The notes below the pieces were generated by a model. It was not told the DNA's origin and did not search any database. It saw nothing but the letters and a program-made list of their open reading frames with translations. From assembly GCA_963700155.1 (NCBI GenBank), contig OY969472.1:598431-662430 (forward strand): a stretch of 64,000 bases of DNA, in the 5' to 3' direction. The position numbers were made by a program, and so were the translations under genes. Below are positions 56,001-64,000 of this stretch, piece after piece (the stretch's first letter is position 1; every line of letters starts with the position of its first letter). Origin of the DNA: an uncultured bacterium. GTDB lineage: Bacteria; Patescibacteriota; Dojkabacteria; J137.

Positions 56001-56461
56001 CCCTGCAATATTTAAAATTCCTATATAAGGTCCTCTCAGAACATTGTTAGAGTTTTAAAATATGTTCTTCGAGCAAGGTAGTTATTTAATAAGCTTAAAA
56101 ACTTGTTTAAGGGTTAGCTAGAGATATTTATTACAGTGTATTTATATATACTATTTACCTTATGAGGTCTCCCTTTTATTAGATTCTTGGCGTAATGAAT
56201 ATCATATACAAGACTAATAATTAACGTTTTGAATAGATATTCTTTAGAATACTGTATTTTCTTAATCAAAGTATCCACAATCTACGATCAAAGTTACATA
56301 GATGTAATTCTATTTAACAATTTATGTCAACTTATGGAAACTTTAGTATAATTAATAATAGTACAAACGCCAATTATCAATGACAGTTTTTAAGTGTGAA
56401 ACATTTACAAAAGTAAATTTAGCTTATAAATGCTAAAATAGGATAAATTTAATCAATTAAG

Positions 56462-57151
56462 ATGAATAATCAAGAAAGTGGTGTAAAAACTCCCATGAAT
56501 CTTTCAAATAAACCTCCTAGGCCATTTAACAGAGGTTTAGCTCAAGTAGTTGACGAAGAGTTAGAAAGAGTAGTTCCTGAAAAGGTTTCAAAATGGTTTG
56601 GAAGTCTTTCTTATAGACCTAAGGCTACTTTCTTTTCTAATCAGAATCCAGAAGAGAAAGTCTACTTATTATTAAGAAGACATTGGATAAAAAACCTCGG
56701 ATGGATAATAAGTAATACTTTCTACGCTTTTGTACCGATAATTATTCTTGTTATATCAGATGCCTTAAGAATTTCTCTTGATTTTATAAGCTTTAAAGTC
56801 TATTTCATTATAATATTGGCATATTATTCAGTTATTCTTACTAATGTACTTAGAAACTTCTATGACTGGTACTTTGATATTTATATAGTTACTAATGAGA
56901 GAGTTTTAGAATATTCATTTAGTCCTTTTGTATCATATAGTATTTTAGAAGCAGAATTAGAAAGCATTCAGGATGTAAAAGAGAGTGCAAATGGAGTAGT
57001 TGCTGATATTTTCAGCTACGGAGATTTACGGATAACAACTGCCTCAAGGCTAGGAGAGCTCTTTTTTGATTCAATTCCAAGTTCGACAGAAGTTCGTAAT
57101 ATTTTAATGGATCTTGTAGAAATTATTGACGAATATAAACATGAACTTTGA
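56462..57151 (+). CDS. membrane protein with bacterial PH (bPH_2/YdbT-like) domain
   Basis: 'YLLLRRHWIKNLGWIISNTFYAFVPIIILVIS' TM pair, followed by 'YFDIYIVTNERVLEYSF...GDLRITTAS', typical of DUF304/bPH_2. Confidence 0.45.
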   Translation: MNNQESGVKTPMNLSNKPPRPFNRGLAQVVDEELERVVPEKVSKWFGSLSYRPKATFFSNQNPEEKVYLLLRRHWIKNLGWIISNTFYAFVPIIILVISDALRISLDFISFKVYFIIILAYYSVILTNVLRNFYDWYFDIYIVTNERVLEYSFSPFVSYSILEAELESIQDVKESANGVVADIFSYGDLRITTASRLGELFFDSIPSSTEVRNILMDLVEIIDEYKHEL

Positions 57152-57362
57152 TATAAATATAAATAACAACTTAATACAATTTGCAAAAATAGTAGCTTTA
57201 TTCTTTGCTATGTTCCATCTTTTGGTTGGTTTCGTACTTTATAGAAGAGTAGCCAGAATAAATAAAATTTTAACTACTTCTAGATCCTGGCTGATTACTT
57301 CAATGAATATAACCTATATCGTCATTCTGATTCTTCTAATCATTTTGATTATTGTTGCCTAA
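57126..57362 (+). CDS. small two-TM membrane protein (78 aa; VirB3-like size and topology)
   Basis: Hydrophobicity only: 'IVALFFAMFHLLVGFVLY' and 'ITYIVILILLIILIIVA'. Confidence 0.3.
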   Translation: MTNINMNFDININNNLIQFAKIVALFFAMFHLLVGFVLYRRVARINKILTTSRSWLITSMNITYIVILILLIILIIVA

Positions 57363-57455
57363 AGGGATATTATTAATTAAATTTAGGGTTTAATATATTA
57401 ACTTCTAATGCAATTTTGATATACTGAACTTGAATTTAATCTAACTGGATTTTTT

Positions 57456-59852
57456 ATGAATATAAAAGCCGAATACCTTGTAGGTAAACAAAAGAATAAT
57501 GAATGGGCAGGAGTTTATGGTTATAGGCCTGAAAGTGATACTGATAAAAGTAAAGCAGAAATGTTTGCTGTTACTAGAATACAAACAGATGCTGAAGTTG
57601 ATAATCTTGAAAGAGTTGCAAAAATGCTTCTTGATGAACTTCAACAGAATTTTTACTCCGATGAAGAGTCTAAAGATGAAATCTTAAGAATTGAACATGC
57701 TTTCAACAAAATGAAAGCGAAATTAGAAGTAATACTTTCAAGGGAAGAGGAAATCCAGGAGAAAGGTCTTGATATTGAGATTGCAGCAGCATTTTTGCTA
57801 GATGATGTACTTTATGTTGGGGTTGTCGGCGAAAGTAAGGTTTTTATATTTAGAAATGATAAATTTGTAGATATAACAAGAGCATTAGTTGATGCTAATA
57901 TGTCTGGATTTATTAAAACTGGTAGTTTAAAGGTCCAGGATGACGACATATTTTGTTTAGCAACCTCCAAAGTAGCTGCTGATTCTGAGGCTTTGCAGAA
58001 TGGAGTGTCCAAATTGAATACAGAATTAATGGCAGAGCTCAAAGATATTGAAGGATCTGCAATATTATTATTTGCTGATGAGTCACTACAATGGAATAAG
58101 ACTGTTGAATTCCAAGATGAAAAAATGACAGAAGAAGCTTCAATTGATCAAACAGTTGAAGAAGAAAAAGACTTCTCCTCTCAAGATTTTGCCCCAGAAT
58201 TTTCGGAAGATAATCAAGAAGTACAACAATTAAGTCCTGTTGTAGGTGCTGTTCCAAATACTCCAATAGGAGATAATAATATTGTTGAAAATGAAAATAA
58301 GTTCTCAGAATTCAATGAGGAAGAAAATTCTGAAGATGAAGGTGAATATATTGAGACTGAAGAAAATGCAGATTTAAGTGGAAGATCACAAATGGCTAAT
58401 AAGCTTACAAATCAAGTTGGTAATATAAAAACTAAATTATTCTCAATTTTCAGTAATGTAAAAACTAAAGGATCTAATTTTGCCGATAATTCAGACACTG
58501 GAAGTAAGAAGACTTATATAAAAATAATAAGCGATATTATTACCTGGATAAAAAATGGAATAACATCACTAATAAATATGTTTAAGCGCGAAATCTTAGG
58601 GCAGGGAATTGATCGAACAAACAGAGTACTTTATCAGAATAAGTTACAAAGAAACAGGAAGATTTTGTTTATAGTATTAGTTATTGCGGTAATATTTATT
58701 TATATTGGATTAAAAGATGCAGAATCAAGACGGATTGAAGCTGAGAGAATTGATAATGCGAGAACAGAGCTTACTCAGTTACAAAATGATTTCGCGCCTT
58801 TGAACTCCCAGGTTGAAACAGTAAAAACACAAGCTCAAGCTAAAAAAGATATTCTAATTTCAAGTTTAGATAATATTATTAATGAAGCAGAATCACAAAA
58901 GAGTACTGGTTTGTTGACGAATGATCTAAATGATTTAATTACTCAAGCAAATCAAGCAAAAGACAATGTCCAGTTAATAAAAGAAGTAAATTCTGAAAAT
59001 ATACAGGTAATTTCGGATATTGGGAAAGTTCATGCAGATTCAGAACCTACTGGTATTGTATTTACGAATGGTAATATATTCGTAAGTGATAATAAAAGAG
59101 GTGTAATATATAAAATAACTCCAAATGTTAACTCTGATCCAACAGAATTTGTTAAAAACTTAACAAGTCCTAATGTACTTACAAAAAATTCAGCTGGAGA
59201 TATAATTTTCTATGACAGTGATTCTTCAACTGCAATAGCAAAAGTAAATCCTAAATCTGGTGAAGTTTATCGATTTCCTTATTTATCTACCGGGGTTATA
59301 GGCACAATTACTAAGGCTGCTGTATATAGTGGGAATGATGCTTTATATGAAATTCATCAGGATCACCAGCAGATATTTAAAAGGGATAAAGATGGACAAA
59401 ACTATTTTGGAGGTGGGGCGATTTATTCAACAGTTAATCCACCTAACTGGAAAACAGATCCAGAATTTTCAAAAGCAATTGATATAGCAGCACCTTACGA
59501 GATATATGTATTAATCCAAGGTGGAGGGTTAAGAAGATATCTTGCTGGCGGAGATAATTCGTTAACTTATGATACTTTCTCGAATTTCGCGCAAAGTGAT
59601 TATAATGCTATAAATGATGCAACAGCAATCGATGTCGATGGAAAGTATTTAGCAGTAGCAGATCCAAAGAACAAAAGAGTATTAGTGTTCGAAATACAGG
59701 ATAATGATCAGAAGAATTTGCGATTTACTAAGCAATTCGTTTATAGAGGAGATGATAATACTTTTAGTAACATTACAGAATTGGCTGTAAGTGAGGCAAA
59801 TAATGAAGTATTTGTTCTCGATGGAACTAAAGTAGTTAAATTAAATTTATAG
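57456..59852 (+). CDS. large bitopic membrane protein: cytoplasmic alpha/beta N-domain, acidic linker, TM, extracytoplasmic coiled coil and NHL/beta-propeller-like C-domain (798 aa)
   Basis: TM 'KILFIVLVIAVIFIYIGL' at ~residue 400. The C-terminus has repeated 'SD...GVIYKIT', 'AVADPKNKRVLVFE' and 'NEVFVLDGTKVVKL' blades. Confidence 0.4.
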   Translation: MNIKAEYLVGKQKNNEWAGVYGYRPESDTDKSKAEMFAVTRIQTDAEVDNLERVAKMLLDELQQNFYSDEESKDEILRIEHAFNKMKAKLEVILSREEEIQEKGLDIEIAAAFLLDDVLYVGVVGESKVFIFRNDKFVDITRALVDANMSGFIKTGSLKVQDDDIFCLATSKVAADSEALQNGVSKLNTELMAELKDIEGSAILLFADESLQWNKTVEFQDEKMTEEASIDQTVEEEKDFSSQDFAPEFSEDNQEVQQLSPVVGAVPNTPIGDNNIVENENKFSEFNEEENSEDEGEYIETEENADLSGRSQMANKLTNQVGNIKTKLFSIFSNVKTKGSNFADNSDTGSKKTYIKIISDIITWIKNGITSLINMFKREILGQGIDRTNRVLYQNKLQRNRKILFIVLVIAVIFIYIGLKDAESRRIEAERIDNARTELTQLQNDFAPLNSQVETVKTQAQAKKDILISSLDNIINEAESQKSTGLLTNDLNDLITQANQAKDNVQLIKEVNSENIQVISDIGKVHADSEPTGIVFTNGNIFVSDNKRGVIYKITPNVNSDPTEFVKNLTSPNVLTKNSAGDIIFYDSDSSTAIAKVNPKSGEVYRFPYLSTGVIGTITKAAVYSGNDALYEIHQDHQQIFKRDKDGQNYFGGGAIYSTVNPPNWKTDPEFSKAIDIAAPYEIYVLIQGGGLRRYLAGGDNSLTYDTFSNFAQSDYNAINDATAIDVDGKYLAVADPKNKRVLVFEIQDNDQKNLRFTKQFVYRGDDNTFSNITELAVSEANNEVFVLDGTKVVKLNL

Positions 59853-59873
59853 GAATATGCTATTATAAGCTTT

Positions 59874-60329
59874 ATGAAAAGCTTAAGCAGTAACAAAAAA
59901 GCACACTTTGATTATGAAGTTTTAGATAAAATTGAAGCAGGGATTTCCTTATTTGGATGGGAAGTTAAATCAATAAAAGCTGGTTCAATGTCTTTATCGT
60001 CTTCATTTGTAATAATCAGAGATGGTGAGGTTTATATAATCGATAGCTTTGTCCCTTCATGGAAATCTGCACCAAAAGAGAGTAAAGAAGTTGAGAATCG
60101 AAAGAGGAAATTATTAATGACAAAATCAGAGATACATAGCCTTGAAGGAAAATTAAAACAAACTGGATTTTCTGCTGTTCCTTTAGAGATTTATGAAAAT
60201 GAAAAAGGGATAATAAAAGTTACTGTTGCTGTTGTAAGGGGTAAAAAAAGATTTGATAAGAGAAGGAAGTTAAAAGAGAAAGATTTAAAAAGAAGAGTGG
60301 AGTCTGAAAGAAAACAATATAATTTTTAA
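59874..60329 (+). CDS. smpB: SsrA-binding protein SmpB
   Basis: 'FDYEVLDKIEAGISLFGWEVKSIKAG' and basic C-terminal tail; 151 aa. Confidence 0.85.
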   Translation: MKSLSSNKKAHFDYEVLDKIEAGISLFGWEVKSIKAGSMSLSSSFVIIRDGEVYIIDSFVPSWKSAPKESKEVENRKRKLLMTKSEIHSLEGKLKQTGFSAVPLEIYENEKGIIKVTVAVVRGKKRFDKRRKLKEKDLKRRVESERKQYNF

Positions 60330-60331
60330 TT

Positions 60332-60934
60332 TTGTCCGATTTACAGACATTAAATATGGATAGTAATAATAATCAAAAAGTAGATCCTCAATTAGTTCAG
60401 ATTTTAGAACTTTTAGGTAAATTTGGTTTTAAATTTTTTGGATATAGTGAGAATAAAGAACCTTTAGTTATTGCAGAGAATGGGCAGGTGGTAACTGTCT
60501 CTGTAGCATATAACTTTGTACAGACACAAATGGCAAAAGCATCTGCGGCAGCTTCAATGGGGAATATTGAAACGATGCCACAAATGCCGCAGATGCCTCA
60601 AATGCCAACATCGCCAGAAGGTAAAGTTGAAAGCAAATTAGAGCAAGGTATGGAAAAGCAGGATAAGACAAACTTTGGCCTAGAAAATATACCTAAAATT
60701 GGGAATCAGCAACAGACTAATCCTCAAAATCAAGGGCAACAGCAAGTTCCTCAACAAGTCTTTGGAGATGGTTTCAAAATTAGCTCTTTTAATCCATCTA
60801 ACATTGATCAGACAATAGAATTTGTTAAGAAAAATAGTCAAGCAAGTCAAACTTCCCCAAAAAAGTATTTAGCAATTCAGTTAGAAAAATTCTTGGCGGA
60901 AATACGCATGTCAAGGCAAAATAATAAAAGCTAA
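60332..60934 (+). CDS. hypothetical Gln/Pro-rich protein containing an (MPQ)4 repeat
   Basis: 'TMPQMPQMPQMPTSPEG' is encoded by a 9-bp tandem repeat at ~60575..60610. Confidence 0.35.
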   Translation: MSDLQTLNMDSNNNQKVDPQLVQILELLGKFGFKFFGYSENKEPLVIAENGQVVTVSVAYNFVQTQMAKASAAASMGNIETMPQMPQMPQMPTSPEGKVESKLEQGMEKQDKTNFGLENIPKIGNQQQTNPQNQGQQQVPQQVFGDGFKISSFNPSNIDQTIEFVKKNSQASQTSPKKYLAIQLEKFLAEIRMSRQNNKS

Positions 60935-61017
60935 AGTTAATCTTGAATTACTAAACTTTTCTTTCAACAGCGGTTATAATGAAGGGAATAAATTTAATTT
61001 TGGGACTGTAAATATTT

Positions 61018-63462
61018 ATGCTAGGTTCTTCCAATATTTTTGATACGTCAATTTTAATAACAATTGTAATTGGACTGTTAGTTCTTCTTGTTATTGCGTT
61101 CGTAATTATTATAGGTGTGAATAGATTCTATAAAAGTATAAAAGAGAGCATCTTAAAAGAAAAAAATTTAGGATTGGTTTTCTATGAAGTCAGGTTGCCG
61201 AATGTTAATGAAGTTGAAATCAAAGCAGCAGAACAAATGTTTACAGGTTTAATTGGTATCGGAGAAAAACTTACAGGCTTAAAAAAGTATTTCGGTGCAA
61301 AGACTTTTGTAAGTTTTGAAGTTGTAGCTTTTAAAGAGAGTATAAAGTTTTTTGTAGTTTGTCCAAAGCGAATAGCCTCGGTAGTTGATAGGCAAATAAA
61401 TGGAACATATCCTACTGCAGAGATAATAAAAGTAAAGGAGTACAATTTATTCCCTGAAGATGGATACGTAGCTTCTACAGCTTTACAGCTTGAAAAAGAG
61501 TACAGATATCCAATCCAAACTTATGAAGAGCTCCCAGTTGATACTATTGCGACTTTAACTGATGCATTCAGTAAATTACAAGAAGGAGAAGCAGCTGCAT
61601 TCCAATTGATTATTTCACCCGCTGGCTCAGAATGGAGAAATCAATCAAGAGAGTATGTAAAGAAAATGCGTGAAGCTCCAACTGATGAAGAAGGCAAAAA
61701 GAAAGTCAATGTTGATGATGAGGCATTAAATTTAATTGATCAAAAGATTCAAAAATCCGGATTCTTTGCTAACGCAAGGTTAATTGTTGTTTCAAATGAC
61801 AAATACTCAGCTGATTCACACTTAGCAAATATTTTAAGTTCTTTTGATCCTTTTACAAAGGAAGGGAGTAATCGCTTTAAGAAGGTTAAATCGGATAAAT
61901 TAAAGAACTTTGCTACAGATTTTGTTTATAGAATTCCAAGAGAAGGTATGATTTTAAATACCGCAGAACTTGCGACTTTGTTTCACTTTCCTAATAGAAA
62001 TATAAAGACACCTTATATTCAATGGCTTTTATCTAAAAGGGAACCAGCACCTGATTTTGTTACGAGCAGATATGATAAGGATTATATGTATGTTGGACGA
62101 AATACATATAGAGGGCAGACTAGAGAAGTTTTCTTAAAACCAGAAGATAGATTAAGGCATTTTTATGTCATTGGACAAACTGGTACTGGTAAATCTGTGT
62201 TTATGTCAGGAATGATGATAAGAGACATGAAATTAGGTCATGGATGCGGATATATTGATCCACACGGAACAGACGTTGAAAAGATCATGCAGCAAATTCC
62301 TCCAGAAAGAGTAGAGGATGTTGTTATTTTTGATCCTGCTGATTTGGATAGACCAGTGGGTTTAAATATGCTTGAATTTAATTCAGAGGCTCAAAGAACC
62401 TTGGTAATTAATGAGATGCTTAATATATTTGATACTCTTTATAATCTTAAAGTTACTGGTGGACCAATGTTTGAGCAGTATTTTAGATATGCAATCATGC
62501 TTTTAACAGAAGATCCTGAGTCGGGTTCAACTTTAATGGAAGTGCCAAAAGTATTCGCTGATGAAGGATATAGAGCTTATAAGCTTTCGAAATGTAAAGA
62601 CCAGGAAGTCATAGATTTCTGGAAAAAGCAAGCAGAGCAAGCTGGTGGAGATGTTTCTTTAAAGAATGTTACACCATATGTAACTTCGAAAATGGCAAGC
62701 TTTTTATCAAATGCATACGTAAGACCAATTATTGCACAGCAACAATCTACTATAAAATTCAAAGAGATAATGGATCAACAAAAAATCCTTTTAGTAAAGC
62801 TTTCCAAAGGCAAGATTGGAGATTTTAATGCATCTCTTTTGGGAATGGTAATGATAGGTAAGCTTTTAATTGCAGCTCTTGAAAGAGAAGGGACAGCTGA
62901 AAAAGATAGAAAGCCTTTCTATCTTTACATTGATGAGTTTCAAAACTTCTTGACTGATGGAATTATGATTATCCTTTCTGAAGCTAGAAAATATCGATTA
63001 GCATTAACAATAGGACATCAGTTCTTAGGACAGTTAACAAGAGAAGGGGGAAATACTAAGATTAAAGATGCAGTTTTTGGAAATGTAGCTAATAAAGCAA
63101 TTTTCAGAGTTGGAGAAGAAGATTCTCCATTCTTAAGAAAAGTAATAGGTGAAGAGCTTCTTGAAGAAAAAGATTTACAGCAAGTTGAAAACTTTAACTT
63201 TTATCTAAAGATGCTTGTTGATGGAAGACCGACACCTGCATTCTCGGTTAATACTTTCTATAAAAGTATGTCACCATATGATATGTTAGGAGATCCAAAT
63301 GTAGAAATAGCTGAAGTTGCAAGACAGATTTCAAGATTGAAGTATGGAAAAGATAGAAATATTGTTGAGAATGAGATTAAGCTTAGAGGAACCTTTATAA
63401 AAGAGAAGGAAGATGATGGTAAAGGTAAAAATTCATTATTTGGTGGCTTTGGAGGATTCTAG
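61018..63462 (+). CDS. membrane-anchored FtsK/HerA-superfamily ATPase of the type IV secretion family (VirD4/TraG coupling-protein-like; VirB4/TraE-like not excluded)
   Basis: N-terminal TM 'ILITIVIGLLVLLVIAFVIIIGV'. Walker A is 'FYVIGQTGTGKSV', followed by 'GYIDPHGTDVE...VVIFDPADLDRPVGLNMLEF' (cf. T4CP DPKGD...NPL). Walker B is 'FYLYIDEFQNF'. The family-typical 'ARKYRLALTIGHQ' R...Q motif is present. 814 aa. Confidence 0.55.
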   Translation: MLGSSNIFDTSILITIVIGLLVLLVIAFVIIIGVNRFYKSIKESILKEKNLGLVFYEVRLPNVNEVEIKAAEQMFTGLIGIGEKLTGLKKYFGAKTFVSFEVVAFKESIKFFVVCPKRIASVVDRQINGTYPTAEIIKVKEYNLFPEDGYVASTALQLEKEYRYPIQTYEELPVDTIATLTDAFSKLQEGEAAAFQLIISPAGSEWRNQSREYVKKMREAPTDEEGKKKVNVDDEALNLIDQKIQKSGFFANARLIVVSNDKYSADSHLANILSSFDPFTKEGSNRFKKVKSDKLKNFATDFVYRIPREGMILNTAELATLFHFPNRNIKTPYIQWLLSKREPAPDFVTSRYDKDYMYVGRNTYRGQTREVFLKPEDRLRHFYVIGQTGTGKSVFMSGMMIRDMKLGHGCGYIDPHGTDVEKIMQQIPPERVEDVVIFDPADLDRPVGLNMLEFNSEAQRTLVINEMLNIFDTLYNLKVTGGPMFEQYFRYAIMLLTEDPESGSTLMEVPKVFADEGYRAYKLSKCKDQEVIDFWKKQAEQAGGDVSLKNVTPYVTSKMASFLSNAYVRPIIAQQQSTIKFKEIMDQQKILLVKLSKGKIGDFNASLLGMVMIGKLLIAALEREGTAEKDRKPFYLYIDEFQNFLTDGIMIILSEARKYRLALTIGHQFLGQLTREGGNTKIKDAVFGNVANKAIFRVGEEDSPFLRKVIGEELLEEKDLQQVENFNFYLKMLVDGRPTPAFSVNTFYKSMSPYDMLGDPNVEIAEVARQISRLKYGKDRNIVENEIKLRGTFIKEKEDDGKGKNSLFGGFGGF

Positions 63463-63478
63463 TGTATAATCCTCCGTA

Positions 63479-64000
63479 TGAATGTTTTTGATGAATCATT
63501 TCTAAAAGATCCCTTGCAGTTAAGACCTGATGAGACTTTAATTTTTCCTCATGCATTTGGAGAGCATAGATTAAGGATTAATGAGAATCTTGTGCTAGAT
63601 TCTTCACAAGATGAAATAGATATCCATAAGGTAGATAAAGTATTAATAAGCGATCTTTCTAACTTTGCTAAAGCTGCACAAGACTTCTTAACACCAAATA
63701 GAATTGAAGATTATCTAATTTATTGCAAGAATCCTAATATTATAAATTATCTAAAACTTATTAGAGATAATGGATATTTGGATTCAATTGATTTGTCTTG
63801 TTATGGAATAGAGTATGTATACCATTCTGCATGCAACTTATATGTAGATTCTGATGGAGCATTATCTGATAAGTTAGAAACTTTAAAGTTAAATAGAGTA
63901 TATGGATCACAAACAAGGGTTAGTTATTTTAGTGTTGACCCAGCGATGGCCCTGAGTCATGGCATTGGAAATTATAATTATCTTACCCAAAGACGATCGA
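63479..64000 (+). CDS. hypothetical protein, 5' part (continues beyond window end)
   Basis: Open frame from the ATG at 63479 to the window end with no stop. Confidence 0.3.

Overview
This is a low-GC (~30%), gene-dense bacterial window; the gene content (giant LamG/Fn3 surface proteins, short YidC, ComF) suggests a Patescibacteria/CPR-like organism, but that is an inference. I found no rRNA, CRISPR array, transposase or integrase.

Housekeeping and RNA genes that can be read directly:
- ileS at 1..1599 (minus strand), which is broken by several single-nucleotide frameshifts.
- fmt, mltG, ruvX, comF-like, yidC, rplY, ftsA-like, groES/groEL, smpB and lexA.
- A tRNA-Asn(GUU) at 11953..12024.
- A tmRNA (ssrA) at 34201..34655, with a G3:U70 acceptor pair and a tag ending ...NYNLFVA.
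- A Lon-like ATPase lacking its protease domain.
- A ClpP-like peptidase next to a ClpC-like ATPase with an N-terminal membrane domain.
- A 270-aa homologue of the ArmA/RmtB/FmrO 16S rRNA m7G1405 aminoglycoside-resistance methyltransferases, immediately upstream of fmt.

Two accessory blocks stand out.

(1) 5380..29591 on the minus strand holds three tandem giant (1470-1660 aa) surface-protein paralogues.
- They share conserved N- and C-terminal modules and have a variable middle cassette of LamG-like domains.
- The middle copy shares a ~3.2-kb near-identical direct repeat with its neighbour and is disrupted by two 1-nt insertions.
- Each copy carries an A8 tract near its start codon.
- A MacB-type ABC transporter, a C39-peptidase-like Ig-domain protein and a 1014-aa polytopic membrane protein with a WWD motif follow on the same strand.
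- The block is read divergently from lexA across an intergenic region carrying GTATAC/TGGTATACCA palindromes.

(2) 48909..63462 on the plus strand starts with six tandem paralogous small proteins that share a VirB2/TrbC-like two-helix hairpin; two of them carry Cys-rich ectodomains.
- These are followed by coiled-coil membrane proteins, a SpoIID/LytB-type cell-wall hydrolase domain protein, a bPH membrane protein and an 814-aa VirD4/VirB4-like ATPase.
- I read this as a type IV secretion or conjugation-like apparatus that probably continues past the window end.

Regulatory elements include a sigma70 promoter with a CIRCE-like inverted repeat before groES, a clean terminator after groEL, an extended -10 promoter with a leader hairpin before ssrA, and a 32-bp perfect palindrome beside tRNA-Asn.
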